Shown: positions 51,346-58,740 of the stretch, in pieces
Position numbering within the stretch: position 1 is the stretch's first letter
Layout: each line of letters starts with the position of its first letter
Made by a program: the position numbers and the translations under genes
DNA from: Candidatus Undinarchaeota archaeon
GTDB lineage: Archaea; SpSt-1190; JASMDC01
Reading direction: 5' to 3'
Length of the DNA stretch: 64,000 nt
NCBI GenBank assembly: GCA_964519305.1
Contig: CAZFHY010000010.1
Location: forward strand, 32,001 to 96,000
Notes under the pieces: generated by a model
The model's database searches: none
Told to the model about the DNA's origin: nothing
Seen by the model: the letters and a program-made list of their open reading frames with translations, nothing else

Positions 51346-51353
51346 TTAATAAA
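51346..51353 (-). promoter_or_regulatory. Archaeal BRE/TATA promoter of secA
   Basis: AGAAACC-TTTATTAA on the minus strand, ~27 nt upstream of ATG 51319. Confidence 0.7.
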
Positions 51354-51394
51354 GGTTTCTCTGCGGGGGACTGGAAAACGGCATACGTAGGTCC

Positions 51395-52018
51395 TCACCC
51401 CCCCAGAATCGGCTGGACGTCCGACACCTTATCGAACGCGTACCCACCATCCTCGGGGCCCCAGACCTGTTCGTCTCGCTCGTTGTAACCCCGGTCCCAG
51501 GCGTACATCCCGCTCTCGTCGATGACAAGCTCGGTCGTGGCGTACACGGCCCCGCCATAGCTGTTCTCGCACTCCTTGCCCCGGGTACCACCCACGAAGG
51601 CGTCGTTCTCCCGGTGGAGGTAGACGACGTTCCCGCGGAAGCCCTCCAGGTCATCGGTTGTGAGGTCGCGGGCCAGCCTACCGTCCTCCCATGTGCCGAC
51701 GAGCTCCTCGCCGTCCCGGATGCGGTAGATGTGGCTCTCGAGGGTACCGTCATCACCGGAAGTCAGCCGGTACGCCCGCTGACGGTAGGGGGAGCCCTCC
51801 ATTCCGGCCATGGCCTGCTCGACGTAGACCCAGTGGTCACTGTCGCTACCACCCTCTACCTCGATGGGGAGCATCTTGAGGCGGATGTCGTAGTAGCTGG
51901 GGTCCTTTTCGGACTGTCGCTGGCTGGAGAACTCGCCCGTCATCCACGCATGGAGCGTGTCGAGGTCGTTCCTCCCTTCGTTCACTTCAGGCACCATGGT
52001 CCCGATATTCCGTGCCAC
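51395..52018 (-). CDS. CpcT/CpeT chromophore-lyase-like protein
   Basis: WMTGEFSS..Q; WVYVEQA; PYRQR.Y; WDRGY..QVWG...GGYAF. Confidence 0.85.
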   Translation of the reverse strand: MARNIGTMVPEVNEGRNDLDTLHAWMTGEFSSQRQSEKDPSYYDIRLKMLPIEVEGGSDSDHWVYVEQAMAGMEGSPYRQRAYRLTSGDDGTLESHIYRIRDGEELVGTWEDGRLARDLTTDDLEGFRGNVVYLHRENDAFVGGTRGKECENSYGGAVYATTELVIDESGMYAWDRGYNERDEQVWGPEDGGYAFDKVSDVQPILGG

Positions 52019-52022
52019 TCGA

Positions 52023-52397
52023 TCAGAACCTTATCCTGAAGAGCGGGACCGCATGCGGGGCCCGGGGGTCGCTGTCCCACCTGTAGACTTCCAGGTCCAC
52101 GCCGGGCGACTCGCCCCTAGTGATATCGAGGTCCACTCCGATGCCCTCTTGTGGCATGTTGTCCATGTCGATCGTCTCGAGGTCGCTGGCATACACCGGG
52201 GCCTCGGCCTTCTCGACATAGGTGTTCGTCTCTTGCGTCATTACGCTCCCGGCCATGGCACCGACGCCCACCAGGAGACCGGCCGCAAGAGCACCTCCGG
52301 CCAGACCGTAGGTGGAAAGGTCGTCTGCCGCAGTATATCCGTCGGCCATCACCGCCGAGGCGGTTCCGGTCGTCTCAAGTTCTTCCATGTACATCAT
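52023..52397 (-). CDS. Hypothetical protein, ELE(T/S)xG-leader family
   Basis: SD GGAGTGA; acidic leader, Gly/Ala TM segment, ends VPLFRIRF. Confidence 0.7.
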   Translation of the reverse strand: MMYMEELETTGTASAVMADGYTAADDLSTYGLAGGALAAGLLVGVGAMAGSVMTQETNTYVEKAEAPVYASDLETIDMDNMPQEGIGVDLDITRGESPGVDLEVYRWDSDPRAPHAVPLFRIRF

Positions 52398-52440
52398 GAT
52401 CACTCCTTTCAGTTCTTACAGTATGATATCGTTCGCGGCC

Positions 52441-52980
52441 TCATCGGATACGGAAGTCGAATCCGGGGATACGGATCCGGATGTCAACATCGCTCTGCTC
52501 GTAGGAGGGGTGGCTGTCAGGGGCCAAAGGGTCCGAACCGAACCCGAGCTCGTCCATGTCGGTGTAGCCGTCGTGATCGGTGTCGAACCAGTTCGGGTCC
52601 GTACCGAGCTCCATGACCTCAACACGGTCACTGATGCCGTCAGCGTCGGAGTCCCATTCCAACGTGCTCGTCCTGTACACACTGAGCTCCTTCGAGTCAG
52701 CGAGGCCGTCGTTGTCCGCGTCGGGTACGCCCCGGGCGTAGTCCATGCTGTCGATGAGCCCATCGCCGTCAGTGTCGGCGCTGAAGGGGTTGTTCCCGGT
52801 GACGATATCCTTGGCGGTCGAGTAGCCATCCTTGTCGAAGTCTACCGCGAGCACACCCGTGAGGGCGCCCACGGCTCCCAGGAGGGCGAGCCCCCGACCG
52901 TCCATATCGTCCGTGCTGCTGTATGCGTCGGCGGCCGATGCGCCGTAGCTTCCGTTCGTCTCAAGCTCGTATGCGATCAT
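52441..52980 (-). CDS. Hypothetical protein, ELE(T/S)xG-leader family, with DxDxDG Ca-binding (thrombospondin-3-like) repeats
   Basis: DFDKDG, DTDGDG, DADNDG, DSDADG, DTDHDG each followed by xxDxxE-like residues; TATAAAAA upstream. Confidence 0.8.
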   Translation of the reverse strand: MIAYELETNGSYGASAADAYSSTDDMDGRGLALLGAVGALTGVLAVDFDKDGYSTAKDIVTGNNPFSADTDGDGLIDSMDYARGVPDADNDGLADSKELSVYRTSTLEWDSDADGISDRVEVMELGTDPNWFDTDHDGYTDMDELGFGSDPLAPDSHPSYEQSDVDIRIRIPGFDFRIR

Positions 52981-53026
52981 GTCCGGCCCTGCCCCTTGTC
53001 CCCTTTTTATACCTTTCTTTGGTATA

Positions 53027-53058
53027 CCTAATATATTGGGACTGCCTAATATATAGGG
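53027..53058. promoter_or_regulatory. Tandem quasi-palindromic operator CCTAATATAT(T/A)GGG x2
   Basis: 53027-53040 and 53045-53058, 13/14 identical, just upstream of the TATA of the 52980 gene. Confidence 0.6.
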
Positions 53059-53130
53059 CTCTGAGCACAGCTTACCGACATACACAGTAATGTTAGGGGA
53101 TACGAATACATGCAGAGCCGATGAACGGCA

Positions 53131-54102
53131 TCATGCGTCTTCGGAGAGGGCCCAGCACCGGTCGAAGTACTCGATGAGCACCGGGATCAGAACGTTGCCT
53201 GTGGAGCTATGCCACCAGGGAGCGTCGTCGCCAAGCTCCACATCGATGAACGGCAGGCCCTCGGCCTTGAAGGCCAGATCCCGAACACGCCCTTCGGCCA
53301 TCGAATCGCCTGAGATCACCAGCTCACCATCCCCCCATGAGACAGATGCCCGCTTGACGGGGAAGTCGATCTCAATGAAGGGGAGCACCGGACGCTTCTC
53401 CGCGATGTAATAGGTCGCCGAGGCGGGCTCGTGGATTTCGTTGTCGTATTTCACGTCGAATACCTCGGTCACCCTGCCCTTCGGCCCGCGATACAGGAAC
53501 GACATGGACATGTGCGAGTCGCCATCCCGATCCCTGAATAAGTGATGGAACTCGTGGACCGTGAAGGAACCCTTGGTATAGCTGGTCGCCCGTAGGGGGA
53601 CCGCTGGGTGATTCACCAGGTTCTGGACTAGGGGTACACCCAGAGCAGGATGGCGCTCAAGGCCTCGTGCCACTTTCTCCGGATCACGGAGCCGCCAGCG
53701 CGCATAGGATGGCTGGGCGGCGTGCCGCAGCTTGAATGTGACGTCGTAACCATATATCCCATCGGTCTCGTCGTCCACGGCGACCAGATAGTGATGATAG
53801 GGCGATGGGAACACGGTGCGCTCCTCGACCAGATATGCGTTCTCGATGCCCGCGGCCTTGGCGAGCGAGAGCCAGACCAGGGATTGCTCAAGGCAGTTCC
53901 CCTCGCCTTGGGCAACGCACTCTTCCACTGAGCGGAGCCGGTACGGATCATCTGTCTTCAGCAGCTCCTCGTAGCCGTATTGGACGTTCTCCAAGACCCA
54001 GTCGTAGATGATATCTGCCTTCTCCCCATCGTCCATGTCCTGTGTAACAAGGGATTCGATGATTGGTTTGACTGACTCGGGATCCAGGTACTGTCCGTCC
54101 AA
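53131..54102 (-). CDS. Transglutaminase-like cysteine protease domain protein
   Basis: IYDWV.ENVQY; GEGNCLEQS..L.KAAGI; HHY; YDVT (Cys-His-Asp). Confidence 0.8.
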   Translation of the reverse strand: MDGQYLDPESVKPIIESLVTQDMDDGEKADIIYDWVLENVQYGYEELLKTDDPYRLRSVEECVAQGEGNCLEQSLVWLSLAKAAGIENAYLVEERTVFPSPYHHYLVAVDDETDGIYGYDVTFKLRHAAQPSYARWRLRDPEKVARGLERHPALGVPLVQNLVNHPAVPLRATSYTKGSFTVHEFHHLFRDRDGDSHMSMSFLYRGPKGRVTEVFDVKYDNEIHEPASATYYIAEKRPVLPFIEIDFPVKRASVSWGDGELVISGDSMAEGRVRDLAFKAEGLPFIDVELGDDAPWWHSSTGNVLIPVLIEYFDRCWALSEDA

Positions 54103-54259
54103 GGCGGTCTTAAAAATTTAGGCGTGCTTAATAATATTCCCTTTGGACACGTCGACTGTGTTCTGGTGCTCAAGGAAAAGTTTAAGTATGCCTAACTTAG
54201 GTGGCCCTAACTCAAACCGCAAGGAACGCGGACCGGATGATTATCGAAGGTGATCTGAA

Positions 54260-54715
54260 ATGTTCGAAATGGAACTCGAGTCGGAAGGGTACGGTGCTAC
54301 CAACACCACGCAGGCCTATGGACAGGTGGATGACCTGAACCTCAGGGGTGCCGCCGTGGGTGCAGCTATCGGGGGTGCCGTCGGATTTGGCATGGCAGGC
54401 CTCGCCGGTTACGGCCTGGCAAACCACATCAGTGATCACTATCTTCAGGACGTCGGCCCTCTGCCGCAAGTGCTCCTTGAGGTGGACGCTACCATCGCCG
54501 GCCTCTACGTGCTCGGCGTGCCATTCGCTATCGGTGGCGCGCTGACCGCTGGTGCAGCCGGTGCTACCTCCACCCTATTCAGGGGCGAGGAGGAGGCACC
54601 TAACGATGGTGCGGCCTACGACTGGAACGGTGAGCAGGACCTCGACCGTGTCCCCCTCCGGCGCCAGGTACGGTACACGTATCCTCGCAGAGACGCGAAC
54701 GAACTGGACTGGTAA
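54260..54715 (+). CDS. Hypothetical membrane protein, ELE(T/S)xG-leader family
   Basis: SD AGGTGA; acidic leader; two Gly-zipper hydrophobic helices. Confidence 0.7.
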   Translation: MFEMELESEGYGATNTTQAYGQVDDLNLRGAAVGAAIGGAVGFGMAGLAGYGLANHISDHYLQDVGPLPQVLLEVDATIAGLYVLGVPFAIGGALTAGAAGATSTLFRGEEEAPNDGAAYDWNGEQDLDRVPLRRQVRYTYPRRDANELDW

Positions 54716-54725
54716 CGGGATACCT

Positions 54726-56279
54726 GTGTACGAGCCCGAAGGGGACGGACAGTTGGAGGAGAGGCCTGAGGACGGAGAGAATCCGGTCGGGCAAGTCCTT
54801 ACCTACCAGAACCCTATCGACTATACGGTCACACATGACCTATTATCGCAGGATCCCGCATACTGTATGATGACGTTCGAGATGTATCGGCCCCTGTCGG
54901 ACGCGCTGGGCTTCCCGATCGCCAGCGATATGACACTCAGTGCCACGTACCATCCTGATCCATATGATCCGCCCCCGGGACAATCCCTTACTTTCGACCG
55001 CGTCACCCTCGCTAAGAAGCCTGGGGCCGCATGGCTCACCCCTGTGGACCTGGACGGTGACGGGTACGACGAACTGGTGCTCTCCACCCTCTTCGAAGGG
55101 CTCGCAGTGGCCATCCCCCCTATCGGGAACGGAGGGGCGTACATACTCTCAAGAGATGGCGGAGCATCGACGGACGACTCCATCGGCCAGTGGTCGGTCG
55201 ATCCGCTCTTCACGCCCAAGGACGGGATCGGCTTCCCGAACAGTCCGGTCCTCATGGATGTGGACAACGACGGTGTGGAGGACATAGTGGTCCCGTGCGG
55301 TTTCCTCCTAAAACCAACCGGTCGGATCGTGTGGATGAAGGGCGAACCGGTCGACGGTCAGCTCACCTACGGCCCACCACAGGACATCCCCATCCCGGAC
55401 AGCTCCCGCTGGTACCATGCCATCGTACCGGCGGACCTCACCGGCAATGGCCGTATGGACTTCGTCACCACCAACCACGACGGAACGCTCCTATCCCCGG
55501 GCACCAGCAAGGTGGAATGGTTCGAGAACGTGGGCGGTCCTGGTGAGGCCAGGTTCGTCCACCACCATATCGCGGATAGGGGCGGATCCCACCTTGCCCT
55601 CTACGATATGACCGGTAATGGTAAACAGGACATCATCCTCCCCCAATACTTCGATGGCCCGTCGCTCATATGGCTCGAACAGCCCGATACTCCCGACAGT
55701 GACTGGAAGGAGCACGTCATCAACGACACCACCGGTAGAGGATTCGGGATCGAGGTCGTCGATATCGATGGTGACGGTAGACCGGAACTTGTCTACGGCA
55801 ACCACAACCACCAAGGTGCAGCCGATCCCGCTCACCGGACCATGGGTGTGTACTGGTTCGATATCCCCGCCCCCTCCGAGGTCCGCGACCTCAATAACTG
55901 GGACGACCATATGCATGTAGTCCATGAGGGTTTCCATGTCCGTGCCCGGGATCCCAATGCCAACGCCGCTCCAGGGGTCGTGCACGTGGGGGACGTCACC
56001 GGGAACGGTAGGATGGACATCACCGTGTCAGGTGACGGGGACGACGGGCTTTACATATTCACACAGCAGGACGACGGCACTTTCGAGAAGGTTGTTGTCG
56101 ATCGTCAGCCCATGTCCGGCGACCATCACCTGATGGACGTCAACGGGGATGGACGGATGGACGTGGTATGGACCGTGTTCGGGGAGGTCGGCCTCCGCGG
56201 CCCGCGTTCAATGGTGTACGCCTACATCCAGAAAGAGAACGGACAAGCAGACAATGAAAAGAGTAGTGACAAGGAGTGA
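54726..56279 (+). CDS. FG-GAP/VCBS repeat beta-propeller protein
   Basis: Seven DxxGxGxxD(L/I/F/V)-type repeats (DLDGDGYDEL, DVDNDGVEDI, DLTGNGRMDF...); GTG start inferred. Confidence 0.88.
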   Translation: MYEPEGDGQLEERPEDGENPVGQVLTYQNPIDYTVTHDLLSQDPAYCMMTFEMYRPLSDALGFPIASDMTLSATYHPDPYDPPPGQSLTFDRVTLAKKPGAAWLTPVDLDGDGYDELVLSTLFEGLAVAIPPIGNGGAYILSRDGGASTDDSIGQWSVDPLFTPKDGIGFPNSPVLMDVDNDGVEDIVVPCGFLLKPTGRIVWMKGEPVDGQLTYGPPQDIPIPDSSRWYHAIVPADLTGNGRMDFVTTNHDGTLLSPGTSKVEWFENVGGPGEARFVHHHIADRGGSHLALYDMTGNGKQDIILPQYFDGPSLIWLEQPDTPDSDWKEHVINDTTGRGFGIEVVDIDGDGRPELVYGNHNHQGAADPAHRTMGVYWFDIPAPSEVRDLNNWDDHMHVVHEGFHVRARDPNANAAPGVVHVGDVTGNGRMDITVSGDGDDGLYIFTQQDDGTFEKVVVDRQPMSGDHHLMDVNGDGRMDVVWTVFGEVGLRGPRSMVYAYIQKENGQADNEKSSDKE

Positions 56280-56282
56280 TAC

Positions 56283-57044
56283 ATGATGGAGACCGAAGAC
56301 ATGCTCACTAATGATACGAAAAAGACCGGGATTGACACACAAACGGTGTTGGGGGACCCTCGGGCGGCCAGGTTCGTGGAGGACCTTGTGCTGTACTCGA
56401 AGCACACGTTAGATCCATCATTGCTCGAGTTGGATGGAGGTTCGCGATCAGCAGAGGGCCTCCCGCCGGTCAACGAGAGCAACATCGTAGAGCTCATCGA
56501 GTTCTACCGCATGGACCCAGAGCGGGTTAACGGTTTCTTCGAATCCCTGTACGAGGCCCATGAGGGCGATCCGGATGCCCGGGGTTACCTCCACGCTGCG
56601 TACGGCATCGTGGGCGGGAAGGCCGGGCAGGTCGACCGGATAGAGATGCGGTACAAGGAAGGGGTTGAACAGCTGCTCCGTCAGTATGACAGCGAGCTCA
56701 CCGAGATCATCGACTGGATGGACAACATGGACAGCAGGAGCCCCTATCTCGGCCTGCTGACCGGTGTTAGCGCGAGCACTGTGTTCGGGTACATCACCGA
56801 TCATGGAGCGGGAGTGACCGCTGCCGTTGCCGCAGGTCTGGCCCTTGGAGGAACGCTCCTGGGATACATGATCCCCCACGCTTGGGGCAACCACCGCATA
56901 GCTGTCGGCTGGAAGCGCATCACGTCAGAGACCGAGCGAATCGACGGACAGTTCTGCGAGCGAAGAGAAGAGCTCTACGAGCGTGCCGTAGAGAACATCG
57001 GTCAACTCCGGGGCGAGTACGACCTCGAAGAGATTATCTGCTGA
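56283..57044 (+). CDS. Hypothetical helical protein with central TM hairpin
   Basis: SD GGAGTGA; two hydrophobic segments flanked by charged helices. Confidence 0.7.
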   Translation: MMETEDMLTNDTKKTGIDTQTVLGDPRAARFVEDLVLYSKHTLDPSLLELDGGSRSAEGLPPVNESNIVELIEFYRMDPERVNGFFESLYEAHEGDPDARGYLHAAYGIVGGKAGQVDRIEMRYKEGVEQLLRQYDSELTEIIDWMDNMDSRSPYLGLLTGVSASTVFGYITDHGAGVTAAVAAGLALGGTLLGYMIPHAWGNHRIAVGWKRITSETERIDGQFCERREELYERAVENIGQLRGEYDLEEIIC

Positions 57045-57050
57045 GCCGGC

Positions 57051-57854
57051 CTAGATGCCATCCCCTCTCTCGGCCTCCTTCAGCTTCTTGAAGTAGGTCC
57101 AGCTCGTCTCGTTGGGCGTTGTGAAGGTGTCAGGTGCGTGCTCGAACTTCGGCGCCTGTGCGCGCACTTCGTCCTTTATGCGCTGTGGGAGGTCCTCGAA
57201 GCCACATTCCAGCTTGTGGCCCCGACAGTGGTACACCAGCTGTCCTGGCCGATCGCCCATGCCCATCCAGGGCAGCCACTGTCCCGTCCGCGTCCAGCTG
57301 AACGTCATGGGTACGCTGTCCAAGTCATCGTTCTCCAGCTCGTCCTTTCGCACGATGAAGTTGAACAGCTCGGCCGACTCGTACATGTCGCTCTGGGCGT
57401 TGTCAGGGTACTCGTCGCGGGTGAGGGGCGAGGGATAGCGGAGGAACATCTCCGCATGCCAGGCGACGTCATCCCCCAGGTCTGTGGTGGGCACCTTGAA
57501 GTAGGTCTCTCCAAACTCCATGTTCACGGGATCGTTCCACACATGGACCACGTCCTCCCGCCGGCCGGTGTAGGGATTGCTCCACGTATCAAGGAGCTCA
57601 TCGGTGTGCGGATCGTAGTAGAAGGACACCTCGCGGGTGAGCAGCTGGTAGACGCCGTTCACCTTCTCGACGCGGGCGATGTTGTACCCCTCGAAGTGGA
57701 AGAGACGATCGGCTGTCATGTCAGGACGCTTGGCATAGACCTCACCCGACCAGTAGGTGACGACCTCGCTGCCGTCGAGAGATGCCCGTGTGCGCAGGAA
57801 GTCGTGGAGGTTCCCTGCTGAACCCTCAAGGTCATAGTGGTCCATCGCGTCCAT
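57051..57854 (-). CDS. DUF1838 family protein
   Basis: YWSGEVY; LF.FEGYN; REVSFYYDP.T.E.L..W.NPYTG; NDPVN; W.R...WLPWM.MGDRPG. Confidence 0.85.
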   Translation of the reverse strand: MDAMDHYDLEGSAGNLHDFLRTRASLDGSEVVTYWSGEVYAKRPDMTADRLFHFEGYNIARVEKVNGVYQLLTREVSFYYDPHTDELLDTWSNPYTGRREDVVHVWNDPVNMEFGETYFKVPTTDLGDDVAWHAEMFLRYPSPLTRDEYPDNAQSDMYESAELFNFIVRKDELENDDLDSVPMTFSWTRTGQWLPWMGMGDRPGQLVYHCRGHKLECGFEDLPQRIKDEVRAQAPKFEHAPDTFTTPNETSWTYFKKLKEAERGDGI

Positions 57855-57855
57855 C

Positions 57856-58671
57856 TCAGAGCAGTTCCTCGAGCGTTCGCGGCATGTCGTTCAGGAGGTC
57901 GTCCATACTGATGCTCTCCCAGGTCACCCGCTCGGCCACGTAGCCGTAACCGATGCCGTAAGCGTGGTACGACGCGTTCAGGGCCGTTGCGACCGCATCC
58001 ATATCGATCACACCACTGGCCAGCGTCTCGCGTGCGGCCATAAGCTCTCGCACCGCAGGACGTCGATCCCGCTCGCCCCATGCCAGACGCTCCTCGAAGG
58101 CAGTTTCGGCGAACTCGGCCCCTGCGGGTAGCTCCGTGGCGCGCGCCCGGAACATGTTGGTCGCCATGTACTCTGCCTGCCCCTCAAGTGCGGCGAGGAC
58201 AGGTACAGCATCGATGAGGGAGCGGATGTAGTCGCCATGGGTCTCGTCCCGTTGCCGGGCCAGCTCCTTCTGGAGCCCCGCGCCGATGAGCGCGCCGTGG
58301 TTCGCCTGGTAGGCATGGACGAGCTCGTGAGCGAGCACGTACACCAGCTCGCCATCCTGCTCAGGATCAGTGAGGTCCGGTGTTACGACACGGTCCGATA
58401 TGAGCACCCGGTGGTTCAGGTCGTCGTACATACCTTTGTTGCCATGGTAATGTACCGCGGCGTCATGGATGGTCGCCTCATCGGCCTCTACACCCAGGTG
58501 ATCGCAGATATCACGGGCCAATCCTTCATACACGGCAACATCGGCGATGACCACTTCCGGTAGCGGGCCGAAAGCGATCCCGAACTCATCCTCGTAAGCG
58601 GTGACTATGTCATCCATAAGCGAATCGTAGGCATCCACGACAGGACGCCCGTCCCTTTCAATGTCGTACAT
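57856..58671 (-). CDS. Zincin-like metallopeptidase
   Basis: AHELVHAYQ ... LEGQAEY (gluzincin-like) ... YGIGYGYV. Confidence 0.8.
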   Translation of the reverse strand: MYDIERDGRPVVDAYDSLMDDIVTAYEDEFGIAFGPLPEVVIADVAVYEGLARDICDHLGVEADEATIHDAAVHYHGNKGMYDDLNHRVLISDRVVTPDLTDPEQDGELVYVLAHELVHAYQANHGALIGAGLQKELARQRDETHGDYIRSLIDAVPVLAALEGQAEYMATNMFRARATELPAGAEFAETAFEERLAWGERDRRPAVRELMAARETLASGVIDMDAVATALNASYHAYGIGYGYVAERVTWESISMDDLLNDMPRTLEELL

Positions 58672-58740
58672 GTCGCAGGTAAATTTAGGCTTACCTTATA
58701 TTCGTTACTATTCTGTACAAGAATCGCTCCGGAAGATCCC

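Noticed and set aside
48317-51349. Long antisense ORFs (423 aa, 314 aa) and similar ones throughout the window
   Set aside because: Shadow ORFs expected opposite high-GC3 genes; no motifs.
54552-54725. Overlap of the FG-GAP frame with the 54260 gene, suggesting a +1 frameshift fusion that would give it a leader and anchor
   Set aside because: No clear slippery site; the overlap translation looks like shadow sequence and GTG 54726 gives a normal gap. Could be rechecked with reads.
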